Counted from the first letter of the stretch, positions 29,733-39,552 are shown. The stretch: DNA of 64,000 nucleotides from an uncultured Acidobacteriota bacterium (GCA_963813155.1 CAWEYG010000002.1:800001-864000), one strand, 5' to 3'. Notes: generated from the letters alone by a model not told the origin. Numbers and translations are program-made.

Positions 29733-30559
29733 AACTCTCGCTCATCGACGCGTTCACCGACGAGCCCTTCTCCGGAAACGCGGCGGCCGTCTGCCTGCTC
29801 GACGGAGAACGCGAAACCGCGTGGATGCAGTCGCTCGCCCGCGAGCTCGGCTATTCGGAAACCGCTTTTCTCCTGCGCGAAGGGGCGCGATATCGGCTCC
29901 GGTGGTTCACTCCGACGGTGGAGGTCGAGCTGTGCGGGCACGCGACGCTCGCGAGCTCCCATTTTCTCTGGGAGAGCGGCATCGAAACAACCGGTTCGCC
30001 GCTGGAGTTCGCGACTCGAAGCGGGATCCTCCGGGCATGGCGGCGAGGGGTCGAGATCGAGCTCGATTTTCCGGCGGAACCCGCCCGCGCGGAACCGGCG
30101 CCCGCCGCGCTCGCCGCGGCTCTCGGCGTCCGGCCCGTCTGGACCGGAAGGAACCGGCTCGATTTCCTGCTTCTCGTCGAAACGCAGGAGGAGGTTCGGG
30201 CGATCCGGCCCGACTTCGAGGGAGTTCGCCGGGAAACGGGAGGCGGCCGCGGCGTCATCGTGACGAGCCGGGCGGCGTCTCCGGACTTGGATTTCGTGTC
30301 GCGCTACTTCGCCCCCGCCGCCGGGATCGATGAAGACCCGGTGACGGGCTCCACCCACTGCTGCCTGGGGCCGTTCTGGGCGGAGCGGCTGGGAAAACGG
30401 GATCTCCGGGCGGCCCAGCTCTCCGCCCGGGGCGGCCGGCTCTCGGTCCGAATCGGGGAGGAAAACCGCGTGTTTCTCGGAGGATCCGCGGTAACCGTCT
30501 TTCGGGGAGAGCTCGCTTCGCTGGAAAAAAGAGAAGTCTCGGAAGTTCGGCTGAAATAA
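29729..30559 (+). CDS. PhzF-family epimerase/isomerase
   Basis: DAFTDEPFSGNAAAV, SETAF, EVELCGHATL, EDPVTGS; ATGA coupling. Confidence 0.93.
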   Translation: MKLSLIDAFTDEPFSGNAAAVCLLDGERETAWMQSLARELGYSETAFLLREGARYRLRWFTPTVEVELCGHATLASSHFLWESGIETTGSPLEFATRSGILRAWRRGVEIELDFPAEPARAEPAPAALAAALGVRPVWTGRNRLDFLLLVETQEEVRAIRPDFEGVRRETGGGRGVIVTSRAASPDLDFVSRYFAPAAGIDEDPVTGSTHCCLGPFWAERLGKRDLRAAQLSARGGRLSVRIGEENRVFLGGSAVTVFRGELASLEKREVSEVRLK

Positions 30560-30685
30560 AAGGCGAATCGGAGTCGTTTTCCCAGACGAGGGGAAAACCC
30601 TCGCGCCTCTCCAAATCGTCTCACCCCATGAGATCGGGGCGCGGAACGGCCGAAAGGTTCTGCTCCGCGCCCCGCCCCACCATTC

Positions 30686-33600
30686 CTATTTTTGAATTCC
30701 TTTCCAGGTCGCGATGAGGCGCTCGAAATCGGCGCGGGCGCTCTCGAGCTCGGCGAGCGCCTGCTCGGTCGGCGCGACGTCGGCGCTTTCGATCGCCTGA
30801 AACGCGGCAGAGGCCCGGGCGTTGACGGACTCAAAGCTGTTTTTCCCCGAGGAGAGCGACGCGACCGCGTCGGACGGCTTGCGCTTCTGGAGCTCTTTCG
30901 CGTCTTCGAGCGCCGCGTAGGAAAGACTCATCAGCTGCGCCGCGTGCTTCGCCGCGTCGAACTGCCGGGCGAGGTCTTCGGCCGTCGCGTGCACGCGCGG
31001 GTCCATCCGAAGAGTCCACGACTGGGTCTGGCTCTTTCCGCCGATTGTCAGTCGAGCCGAATATTTCCCCGGTGGAACGAGAATTCCGTCCGGCTCGATC
31101 GGGGTGTCTTCTCCCCAGATCGCGGCGATCGAGAAGTCGTAGGCCGCGCTCTTCGGACGCTCGGAGCGCAGGTCCCAGACGAAACGGTGGTGTCCCGGCG
31201 CGGCCGAGAGAGGAGGTTCCGGCTTGAGCCAGGCCTCGACGAAATACCGCTCCGCGGCCGCGGAGGCGATCTTGTCTTCGCTGGAAACCCGGCGCACGAC
31301 GTTGCCCTGCGAATCGAGGATCTCGAGAGAGACCGGACCGTCGGCTCGGGATCGGATCACGTAGTCGATCACGGCTCCCGCGGGGGGATTGGGCCCGAGC
31401 GGCGTCTCCGGCGGCAGCGGCGTGTCGTGGTTCTCGTTGCGCCGCACGCGAACGGCCTCGGCGGGGCGGAAAAGGTGCCACGGGGCCTGCGCCACGTCAG
31501 GCGACAGCTCGCGCAGGGGCGAAACGTCGTCGAGCACCCAGATCGCGCGCCCCTGAGTCGCCGCGATCAGGTCGTTCCCGTGGACGAGAAGGTCGCCGAC
31601 CCAGACGGTCGGAAGATTCAGGCTCAGGGACTGCCAGGAGGCGCCGTCGTCGGGCGAAACGAAGACCCCCGAGCTCGTGCCGGCATAGATCAGGCCGCGG
31701 CGCGCCGGATCGGCCCGGACGACCTGGACGAACCCGTCGCGAGGAAGTCCCTTCGCGATCGCGGTCCATGTCCGTCCGCCATCGTGCGTGGCGTACGCGT
31801 GCGGCGTGAAGTCGTCCAGCCGGTGGGTGTCGACGGCCGCGTAGACGGTCGCGGGATCGAGCGCCGACACGTCGAGCGTCGCGATCTTGCTCCAGGGGGC
31901 GATCCCCTTCGGCGTCACGTCGGACCAGCTCTTCCCGCCGTCTCGAGTCACCTGGATCCTGCCGTTGTCGGTGCCGATCCAGATCTCGTCGTCGGTCTTC
32001 GGCGAGATCGCGATCGTGAAAATGACGCCGAAGCCGCACGGGCCGGCGTTCTGGAGCGTGATCGCTCCCTCGCATCCTTTGGTCCCGGGCACGGCTCCCG
32101 AGAGATCCGGGCTCACGGTCTTCCAGGAGCGGCCCTTGTCGTCGGAGCGAAACAGGAACTGCGAGCCCTGGAAGATCGCGTACGGCGGCCGTGGCGAAAC
32201 GGCGAGCGGCGTGATCCACGTGTAGCGATACTTCACGTCGGTCGCCCTTTGCGCGTAGGTGCTCACCACCCCGGGGTCGATCGCCGCCTTCTGACCGGTC
32301 CGGCCGTCGAAGCGGACGAGGCCGCCGCCGAGCCCGCTGCCGTAGATGATCTCCGGGTCGGACGGATCGGGAACATCGTAGTCCCGCTCGTCGCCTCCCA
32401 CGGGGTGCCATTCCCGGTAGCTCAGCGCGCCGTAGTCGCTGCGCGAAGCGATTCCGACGGTGCCGCTGTCCTGCTGGCCGCTGTAGATCCAGTAGGGAAA
32501 CCGGTCGTCGGCCGCGAGATGGTAGAACTGCCCCGTCGGCTGGTTGTACCAGCTGCTCCACGTTTTTCCCCCGTTGACGGAAACGACGGTTCCCTGATCG
32601 CTCGCCGTCACCAGGTGGTCGGGACGTTTCGGATTGATCCAGAGAAAGTGGTAGTCGTCGCCGCCCGGCGAGCCTTTGAACGCTTCGAACGTCTTGCCGC
32701 CGTCCGTCGAGCGCCGAATCGACTGTCCCGTCATGTACACCGTGTCGCGATCCCGCGGGTCCGCGGTCACGCGTCCGAAATAGTCGCTTCCGACCCACCG
32801 CTCGGCATTCACTCGCGTCCAGGAGGCGCCGCCGTCGTCGGAGCGGTACAGACCCGTTTGCGTCTCCCCGCCGCGCGAGCGGCCGGCGTTGCCGGAGATG
32901 GCGCGGGCGTCCACGGCCGCGTAGACGCGTCCGCCGGGCGCGACCGCGAGCCCGATCCGGCCAAGGCCGTCACCCGGCGGCCATCCGTTCCCGGAAAGTC
33001 GTTTCCACGTTCTGCCGCCGTCCTGCGACTTGTAGACTCCGCTTCCCGGTCCCACGTTGGGCCGGAAATAGGAGAGCCAGGGAGAATTGCGAGCCTGCCA
33101 CAGCGCGGCGTACACGATCGACGGGTCCGCCGGATCGGCCGCGAGATCGACCGCGCCGGTGTTCTCGTCGACGAACAGCGCTTTCGTCCACGTCTTTCCG
33201 CCGTCTTCGGTTCGAAAGACCCCGCGTTCCGCGTTCGGGCCGAAAATGTGGCCCATCGCCGCGACGAGCACGGCGTCCGGATTCCGTGGGTCGACGACGA
33301 TGCGGCCGATCGCGCGGGTTCCCGAGAGTCCGATGTGGCGCCAGGTGCGGCCGCCGTCGTCGGACCGGAACACGCCGTCGCCCGAAGCCAGGTCGTAACG
33401 CGTCTCGACCTGGCCCGTTCCGACGTAGAGAATCTTCGGATTCGACGGCGCGATCGCGATCGAGTCGACGCTCGCCGTGCTCTCGTTCTGGAACAGCGGC
33501 TCCCATGTCTGTCCGGCGTCGTCGGTCTTCCAGACGCCGCCGACGGCGGCCCCGAAGTAGAAAACGTCGGGCTGATCGGGAATTCCCTCCGCGCACGTCG

Positions 33601-33748
33601 ACCACCCCGCGCGAAACGGCCCGATGTTGCGCCAGCGCAGGCCGGAGTACAGGTCGGGGCTGCCGACGGGACCCGCGGCCCCCGCCGCCACGAGCGGAGA
33701 GGCGGCGAACAGACACACGGCGACAAGGATCGCGAAGAAACGCTGCAT
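30686..33748 (-). CDS. Secreted VPS10/BNR-repeat glycosyl hydrolase-like protein
   Basis: LRWRNIGPFR; many SxDGGxTW Asp-boxes; signal peptide. Confidence 0.9.
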   Translation of the reverse strand: MQRFFAILVAVCLFAASPLVAAGAAGPVGSPDLYSGLRWRNIGPFRAGWSTCAEGIPDQPDVFYFGAAVGGVWKTDDAGQTWEPLFQNESTASVDSIAIAPSNPKILYVGTGQVETRYDLASGDGVFRSDDGGRTWRHIGLSGTRAIGRIVVDPRNPDAVLVAAMGHIFGPNAERGVFRTEDGGKTWTKALFVDENTGAVDLAADPADPSIVYAALWQARNSPWLSYFRPNVGPGSGVYKSQDGGRTWKRLSGNGWPPGDGLGRIGLAVAPGGRVYAAVDARAISGNAGRSRGGETQTGLYRSDDGGASWTRVNAERWVGSDYFGRVTADPRDRDTVYMTGQSIRRSTDGGKTFEAFKGSPGGDDYHFLWINPKRPDHLVTASDQGTVVSVNGGKTWSSWYNQPTGQFYHLAADDRFPYWIYSGQQDSGTVGIASRSDYGALSYREWHPVGGDERDYDVPDPSDPEIIYGSGLGGGLVRFDGRTGQKAAIDPGVVSTYAQRATDVKYRYTWITPLAVSPRPPYAIFQGSQFLFRSDDKGRSWKTVSPDLSGAVPGTKGCEGAITLQNAGPCGFGVIFTIAISPKTDDEIWIGTDNGRIQVTRDGGKSWSDVTPKGIAPWSKIATLDVSALDPATVYAAVDTHRLDDFTPHAYATHDGGRTWTAIAKGLPRDGFVQVVRADPARRGLIYAGTSSGVFVSPDDGASWQSLSLNLPTVWVGDLLVHGNDLIAATQGRAIWVLDDVSPLRELSPDVAQAPWHLFRPAEAVRVRRNENHDTPLPPETPLGPNPPAGAVIDYVIRSRADGPVSLEILDSQGNVVRRVSSEDKIASAAAERYFVEAWLKPEPPLSAAPGHHRFVWDLRSERPKSAAYDFSIAAIWGEDTPIEPDGILVPPGKYSARLTIGGKSQTQSWTLRMDPRVHATAEDLARQFDAAKHAAQLMSLSYAALEDAKELQKRKPSDAVASLSSGKNSFESVNARASAAFQAIESADVAPTEQALAELESARADFERLIATWKGIQK

Positions 33749-33770
33749 TTGCTGACTCCTGTTCGAGAAG

Positions 33771-34070
33771 CTACTCGACGACGCTGAAAATCTCGCGGTG
33801 GCCCGTTTTGACCAGCGGCACCATTTTCGCGTACCACGCCTGCCAGCCGGCGTCGGCGGTGATCGCCTGCTGGCCGCGCTCGAGGTCCGCGAGCGAAGGA
33901 AACGACAACTCGAAAACCAGGGTGTAGAAGGAGCCGGTCACGTCGGTGAGCACCCGGGTCGCCTTCGCGTGGCCGAGGCGGTTGCTGATCGCGACGCCCT
34001 CCTTCATCACTTCCTTGGCTTCCTTGGCTTTCCCGAATTTCAGCTGAAAAACGTTTCGAACGACGATCAT
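33771..34070 (-). CDS. Small dimeric alpha/beta-barrel (NIPSNAP-like) protein
   Basis: 99 aa MIVVRNVFQLKFGK...; GGAGG RBS. Confidence 0.75.
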   Translation of the reverse strand: MIVVRNVFQLKFGKAKEAKEVMKEGVAISNRLGHAKATRVLTDVTGSFYTLVFELSFPSLADLERGQQAITADAGWQAWYAKMVPLVKTGHREIFSVVE

Positions 34071-34097
34071 CGTGTGACCTCCGCGCGGTATTCTACG

Positions 34098-34175
34098 CCT
34101 CGGCTCTCATCTTCAAAGCCGATCCTCGGCTTCCATCTTCAAACCCGATCCTCGGCTTCCTCCTTCAAAAGCTCC
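34098..34175. repeat. Three tandem copies of a 26-bp unit across the decarboxylase stop codon
   Basis: cctcggctctcatcttcaaagccgat / cctcggcttccatcttcaaacccgat / cctcggcttcctccttcaaaagctcc. Confidence 0.85.
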
Positions 34176-35554
34176 CAGAGCGCCGCCACGTGCTCGCGCT
34201 CGGTCGGCAGCGCCCCGATCGAAACGCGCACCATCCACTTGCCGTCGAGAATCGCCGGCGTGAGATACGCGCGGCCCGAGCGGTTGACCCGTTCGGCCCA
34301 GTCGAGCGTGTGGCGGTCGAGAGCCTCCCCCGAGAGCCCCTCCGGCTCGTGCCGCAGGCAAACAGTTTGAAGCACGACGGGGGCCAGCACGTGCCAGTTC
34401 TCCCGGCTCGCGACCTCGGATTCGAGCCAGCGCGCGTTCTCGATGTCCCGGCGCAGCCTCCGGCGCAGGCCCTCGACCCCTTCGGCTCGGATCAAGAACC
34501 AGAGCTTCAGGGACCGGAACCTCCGCCCGAGCGGGATTCCCCAGTCGCGATAGTTCCTCACCCGCTCGTCCATCGCGCTCTGGAGATAGCTCGGGTTCGT
34601 GCTCATCACGCGCACGAGGTGCTCCGGGTCGCGGACGTAGTAAACCGAACAGTCGCACGCCGCCCCGAGCCACTTGTGCGGGTTGACGACGACGGAATCG
34701 GCGGACTCGATTCCCTGCCAGAGCGGCCGAAGCTCCGGGAGAAGCATCCCCGAACCGGACATGGCCGCATCGACATGGAGCCAGAGCCCGTGCTCCCGCG
34801 CGATCGCCGCAATTTTCTCGATCGGGTCGAAGGCCGTCGTCGCCGTCGTTCCGGCTGTCGCGACGACGGCGCACGGCCGGATGCCGGCCGCAAGATCGGC
34901 GCGGACGGCCGCGGCCAGCGCCTCGGCCCGCAGGGCGTGCGAAGCGTCGCCCGGAATCTTCCGGACGTTCTCGCGGCCGAACCCGGAAAGGAGCGCCGCC
35001 TTCTCGACGGAGCTGTGGCTCTGGTCGGAGCAATAGACGGCCAGGGGCGCCTGCCCGGCCATTCCTCCGTGCGCAAGCGAGTAGCCCGTCGTCCTCTCGC
35101 GCGCGCAGATGAGCGCCTGAAGCGTCGCGGTCGAAGCCGTGTCGGCGATTGTCCCGCTCCAGGCGTTCGAGAGCCCCATCATCCCGCGCAGCCAGTCGGT
35201 GACGACCTCTTCGACTTCGGTCAGCGCGGGACTCGCCTGCCAGGAGAGCCCCACGCCGCCGATCCCTGTCGACACGATGTCGCCGAGCACCGCGGACAGG
35301 TCGTTGTTGGCCGGGAAGAATCCGAAGAAGCTCGGGTGCTGCCAGTTCGTCATCGCGGGGATCACGAGCCGGTCGAGATCGTCGAGGACCCGGTCGAACG
35401 GCTCGGCGCTCTCGGGAGGCGAGGCCGGAAGCCGGGATTTCAGATCGCCGGGCTCGACGCGCGGCAGGACCGGCAGCCCGGCGACGCTCTCGCGGTAGTC
35501 CGCGATCCGGTCGATCAGCCGGTGGCCGTGTCTCCGAAATTCTTCAGGAGTCAT
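34139..35554 (-). CDS. PLP-dependent aromatic-L-amino-acid decarboxylase (group II)
   Basis: MTPEEFRRHGH, WQHPSFFGFF, SPALTE, HVDAA, NPHKW, LGRRFRSLKLW. Confidence 0.93.
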   Translation of the reverse strand: MTPEEFRRHGHRLIDRIADYRESVAGLPVLPRVEPGDLKSRLPASPPESAEPFDRVLDDLDRLVIPAMTNWQHPSFFGFFPANNDLSAVLGDIVSTGIGGVGLSWQASPALTEVEEVVTDWLRGMMGLSNAWSGTIADTASTATLQALICARERTTGYSLAHGGMAGQAPLAVYCSDQSHSSVEKAALLSGFGRENVRKIPGDASHALRAEALAAAVRADLAAGIRPCAVVATAGTTATTAFDPIEKIAAIAREHGLWLHVDAAMSGSGMLLPELRPLWQGIESADSVVVNPHKWLGAACDCSVYYVRDPEHLVRVMSTNPSYLQSAMDERVRNYRDWGIPLGRRFRSLKLWFLIRAEGVEGLRRRLRRDIENARWLESEVASRENWHVLAPVVLQTVCLRHEPEGLSGEALDRHTLDWAERVNRSGRAYLTPAILDGKWMVRVSIGALPTEREHVAALWELLKEEAEDRV

Positions 35555-35618
35555 GGGACCTCCGCTGGCGTTTCTACCACGGCGCTCCAGGACCCTCCAG
35601 AGGTTAGAATGCGTTCCG

Positions 35619-36386
35619 ATGCCTCCGTCCGAATTCACGCTCGACTTCGATCGCCAGCGCCGGCTCGGTTTTCCGGAAGTCGTGCTCGCGACCGGCAAGC
35701 TCCCGGACCAGATCGTCGCGATCTGCCGGCAGCTCGCGAGAGAGCACGACGTCCTCGTGACGAGGCTCGGCCCCGACCCCTGGGAAGAGATCTCCCGCGA
35801 GGCCCTGCCCGGGCACGCCGACTACGACGAGCGCTCGAAGACGCTGATCCTCCGGGTCGGAAAGCCGAACCGGAAGATCCCGGGCGAGGTGTCGATCGTG
35901 ACGGCCGGCACGGCCGACATCGCCGTCGCCGAGGAGGCGCGCCGGACGCTCGACTACATGGGGGTCGCTTCCCGCGTCATCGCCGACGTCGGAGTGGCGG
36001 GCGTGGTGCGCCTTCTCTCGAACCTCGAGGAGATCGAGAAAGCCGACCTCGTCATCACGGTGGCGGGAATGGAAGGCGCGATCTTCTCGGTGATCGGGGG
36101 GCTCGTCGGGCGGCCGATCATCTGCGTGCCGACTTCCGGCGGCTACGGGGCGAACTTCGCGGGACTCGCGTCGCTCCTCTCGGCCCTCAACTCGTGCGCG
36201 AACGGCGTGACCGCCGTCAACATCGATTCCGGGTACGGCGCCGCGATGGCGGCGTACCGAATCCTTTCGAAAGGACCCCAAACATGGCAAAAACCCAGGG
36301 AAAGCGCCGCGTCGGCAAAACGGCCGAGGAGTACGTCCACAGCGCGGCGGTCGGCGTCGACCGCCGCAAGAAGAAAGCGCTCCTAG
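35619..36386 (+). CDS. larB: Nickel-pincer cofactor biosynthesis protein LarB (PurE-like)
   Basis: DRQRRLGFPEVV, TAGTAD..VAEEA, DVGVAG, AGMEG, LNSC..G..VNID. Confidence 0.88.
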   Translation: MPPSEFTLDFDRQRRLGFPEVVLATGKLPDQIVAICRQLAREHDVLVTRLGPDPWEEISREALPGHADYDERSKTLILRVGKPNRKIPGEVSIVTAGTADIAVAEEARRTLDYMGVASRVIADVGVAGVVRLLSNLEEIEKADLVITVAGMEGAIFSVIGGLVGRPIICVPTSGGYGANFAGLASLLSALNSCANGVTAVNIDSGYGAAMAAYRILSKGPQTWQKPRESAASAKRPRSTSTARRSASTAARRKRS

Positions 36387-37411
36387 GCCGCGCGACCACC
36401 CCGGTCAAGATCGACAAAGACACGACCGTCGCGCAGCTGCTCGACAAGTACCGGGACATCTCCTTTCAGGCGCGCGCGCTCGGGCGGTGCGGCCAGGTCT
36501 TCGAGAAGGCCCTGCGCGACAAGGACCGGCCGACGATCTTCCTCGGCCTCGCGGGCTCGCTCATCGCGGCCGGAATGCGGCAGGTCATCGTCGACCTGAT
36601 CGAGAACAACATGGTCGACGTCATCGTCTCGACCGGCGCGATCATTTCCCAGGATTACTACCAGGTTCGCGGCGGGCGCCACTACCACGGCACGCCCGAT
36701 ATCGACGACCGGATGCTGCGCGATCTCTACATCGACCGGCTCTACGACACGTTCATCGACGAGGAGAAATACTGGGAGACCGACATGGCCGTCTCCCATT
36801 TCGCCGACCGGCTCACCGGGACCTCGCTGTCTTCCCGCGCCTTTCTTCGGCTTCTCGCGGAGACCGCGCGCCACGACGACGGCTCGATCCTCGGCGCCTG
36901 CGCGCGCCGGAACGTGCCGCTCTTCGTGCCGGCCCTGAACGATTCCTCGATCGGCATCGGCCTGACCGAGCACTACCACCGGGCGCGCCAGCGGGGGAAG
37001 ACGCCGTTCCAGATCTCGTCCATCCGGGACAATTACGAGCTGACGCAGATCGTCGTGAAATCGAAGTGCACGGCGGCGCTCTACATCTCCGGAGGAGTTC
37101 CGAAGAACTACATCAACGATTCCATCGTCATGAGCTACATCTTCGGCCTCGATACGGGCGGCCACCGCTACGCGCTCCAGGTCACGACGGACGCGCCGCA
37201 CTGGGGCGGCCTCGGCGGCTCGACACTGTCGGAAGCGACGTCGTGGGGCAAGGTCTCCAAGACCGCGACGCACGAAATGGCGTTCGTCGAGACGTCCGTC
37301 GCGCTGCCGATGCTGTACGCCTACGCGCTCCAGAAAAACGCCCACAAAGGGCGCAAGCGCCTGAAGTACGTCTGGAAAGACGACGTGCTGGAGAGCTTGA
37401 AGGTCGGCTAG
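36284..37411 (+). CDS. Deoxyhypusine synthase-like protein
   Basis: VSTGA, DSSIG, GGVPKN, GGLGGSTLSEATSWGK with catalytic Lys. Confidence 0.9.
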   Translation: MAKTQGKRRVGKTAEEYVHSAAVGVDRRKKKALLGRATTPVKIDKDTTVAQLLDKYRDISFQARALGRCGQVFEKALRDKDRPTIFLGLAGSLIAAGMRQVIVDLIENNMVDVIVSTGAIISQDYYQVRGGRHYHGTPDIDDRMLRDLYIDRLYDTFIDEEKYWETDMAVSHFADRLTGTSLSSRAFLRLLAETARHDDGSILGACARRNVPLFVPALNDSSIGIGLTEHYHRARQRGKTPFQISSIRDNYELTQIVVKSKCTAALYISGGVPKNYINDSIVMSYIFGLDTGGHRYALQVTTDAPHWGGLGGSTLSEATSWGKVSKTATHEMAFVETSVALPMLYAYALQKNAHKGRKRLKYVWKDDVLESLKVG

Positions 37412-37868
37412 GCCTTCTTCAGCAGCGCGATCTGTCCGGCGTGGTACAGCTCGTGCTGCACGGCGCCGTGGAGCATCACGTACACCGAATACGGCTTGTT
37501 CGGCACGATTTCGCCGAGATGGTCTTCCGGCCACGTGGACACGGCCTCCTCGAGATCGCGATGCGCGCCCGCGAGCGATTCCCGCGCAGTCTTCCAGGCG
37601 CTTTCGGTCGTCGCGGCTCACGGCCGGGAAGTTTTCGGCGGTCGGACGGGTCCCTCCCGTGCCATTCCCGCAGCCGGCCCGCGACCGTCCGGTCCCACGT
37701 CGCGAGGTGAAGGCAGAGCTCCCAGATCGAGTGCGCGCCGCCAACCGGATGCGCGGCGGCCTTCGCGGCGTCCACGTCCGCGAGCAGCTCCGACAGCGAC
37801 GGTCCGTGCCAGGCCTCTCCGCCCCAGGATCTCTTCAGCTGGTCGACGATCCGCTCGATTTCGCTCAT
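37408..37868 (-). CDS. DinB family protein (frameshifted near 37610-37670)
   Basis: AWHGPSL..HSIWELCLH in one frame and MLHGAVQHELYHAGQIALLKKA* in another; span 461 bp. Confidence 0.82.
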
Positions 37869-38443
37869 TTCGACCTCGAAACTTTGTACCGGAAACAGGT
37901 CGTCACGTGGTCGTTGACCATTCCGACCGCCTGCATGTGGGCATAGCAGATCGTCGGCCCCACGAACCGGAAACCGCGTTCGCGGAGGTCCTTCGAAAGC
38001 GCGCGCGATTCTTCCGTCTCGGCCGGAATGTCCGCGAGCGTCGCCCGGCGATTCTGGATCGGCCGCCCGCCGACGAAGCTCCACATGTAGTCGGAGAACG
38101 ATCCGAATTCCTTCTGGACCGCGAGAAACGCGCGGGCGTTTTCGCCGGCTGCCGCGATCTTCGCGCGGTTCCGGACGATCCCTTCGTCTTTCATCAGGCG
38201 AAGGCGGTCCCTCCCCGTGAAGCGGGCGATTTTTTTCGGATCGAACCCGCGGAAAGCGCGGCGAAACGCTTCGCGCTTTCGAAGAATCGTGATCCACGAC
38301 AGCCCCGCCTGAAAGCCCTCGAGAACGAGGAATTCGAAAAGCACGCGGTCGTCGCGCACCGGGACTCCCCATTCCGTGTCGTGGTAAGCGACGTACAGGG
38401 GATCCTCCCCCGCCCAACCGCAGCGGACCCTCGAATCTTTCAT
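37865..38443 (-). CDS. tag: DNA-3-methyladenine glycosylase I
   Basis: RCGW, YHDTEWG, LEGFQAGLSW, GMVNDHVTTCF. Confidence 0.96.
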   Translation of the reverse strand: MKDSRVRCGWAGEDPLYVAYHDTEWGVPVRDDRVLFEFLVLEGFQAGLSWITILRKREAFRRAFRGFDPKKIARFTGRDRLRLMKDEGIVRNRAKIAAAGENARAFLAVQKEFGSFSDYMWSFVGGRPIQNRRATLADIPAETEESRALSKDLRERGFRFVGPTICYAHMQAVGMVNDHVTTCFRYKVSRSK

Positions 38444-38481
38444 TCCCGGCGAAGGATATCCGAATCGACTACGATCTCCCC

Positions 38482-39369
38482 GTGGACCATTCTCGCCTCG
38501 AAGAGCATTCCCTCCGCGAGCGCGTCTGGGCCTGGTCTCTCGGCGGGGACCGGATCACGACGAGCTACGGCGCCAACTGCGTCGCGGTCGTCGGGGATCA
38601 CGGCGTTCTTCTCGTCGATCCCCTGATCGCGCCGGCGCACGCGCGCCTCGTCGAGGCGGCCCTGCGGGAAAAGACCGCCGTTCCCGTCCGGTGGGTGCTT
38701 CTCACTCACCACCACACCGACCACGCTCTCGGATCGTCCTGGTTCGCGCGGCAGGGCGCCGTCGTGATCGGGCATGACGAGTGCCGCCGAGGCATGGAAA
38801 CCCACCATCCGGCGCTCCTCGAGGCGCGGCGTCGCGACCCCGAGCTCGCGGAGCTCTTCGCCGACGCCGAATCGGCCGCGCCCGCGTTGACGTTTTCCGG
38901 GTCTCTGACGCTCGACCTCGGCGGCATCGAGGCCCGCGTTCTCCATTCCGGCCACGGCCACACGGCCGGAGACGCGGTGCTCCACCTCCCGGGGGAGTCG
39001 GTCGCCGTTTGCGGGGACCTCGTCTCCAGCGGATACCACGTCAACTACGAGGACTCTTCGCTCGAAGGCGTCCGCGCCGGCCTCGAGCTTCTGCGCTCGC
39101 TGTCGGCGGAGACGTACGTTCCCGGGCATGGCCGGCCGGGCGGCCGGACGATCCTGGAGGACCAGAAGTGGTACCACGCGGCGGTCGAGGAGGCGATCCG
39201 GGAGGGCGACGCGGCCGAGCGCGACCCCGCGGAAACCGTGAAGATCCTCACGAAGCTCTTTCCCAGTTATCTCCTCGAAGGGGTTCTCCCGGACACGGTC
39301 AAAGTCGTTTCTTCTGCTCTTCGAGCTCCGCACGCGCCGCCTCGAGCGCCCGCCTTCGGTCCGCATTGA
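38482..39369 (+). CDS. MBL-fold metallo-hydrolase
   Basis: THHHTDH, GHT, GD and PGHG motifs. Confidence 0.9.
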   Translation: MDHSRLEEHSLRERVWAWSLGGDRITTSYGANCVAVVGDHGVLLVDPLIAPAHARLVEAALREKTAVPVRWVLLTHHHTDHALGSSWFARQGAVVIGHDECRRGMETHHPALLEARRRDPELAELFADAESAAPALTFSGSLTLDLGGIEARVLHSGHGHTAGDAVLHLPGESVAVCGDLVSSGYHVNYEDSSLEGVRAGLELLRSLSAETYVPGHGRPGGRTILEDQKWYHAAVEEAIREGDAAERDPAETVKILTKLFPSYLLEGVLPDTVKVVSSALRAPHAPPRAPAFGPH

Positions 39370-39547
39370 CAGTCTTCGAAAGCTGATCGGCAATCCGCGC
39401 GAGCGAAAGCTCGATCGCCTGAACCCGGGCGCGGCGCTGCGCTTCTTCGGCCGGCGGGCCCCCGGCCTCGCCGGAATGGCGGTTCGCTCGCTCCGACTCT
39501 CTTTCGGCCGGGAGGTCCTCTTCGCTCTTGCCCCAGCCGCGCGCCAA
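39299..39547 (-). CDS. Small helical hypothetical protein
   Basis: TTG start (M)ARGWGKSEED followed by an amphipathic helical hairpin. Confidence 0.55.
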   Translation of the reverse strand: MARGWGKSEEDLPAERESERANRHSGEAGGPPAEEAQRRARVQAIELSLARIADQLSKTVNADRRRALEAARAELEEQKKRL

Positions 39548-39552
39548 GCCGC

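Noticed and set aside
34098-34175. 26-bp repeats as a mini CRISPR array
   Set aside because: Copies are contiguous with no spacers, overlap a CDS, and no cas genes are present.
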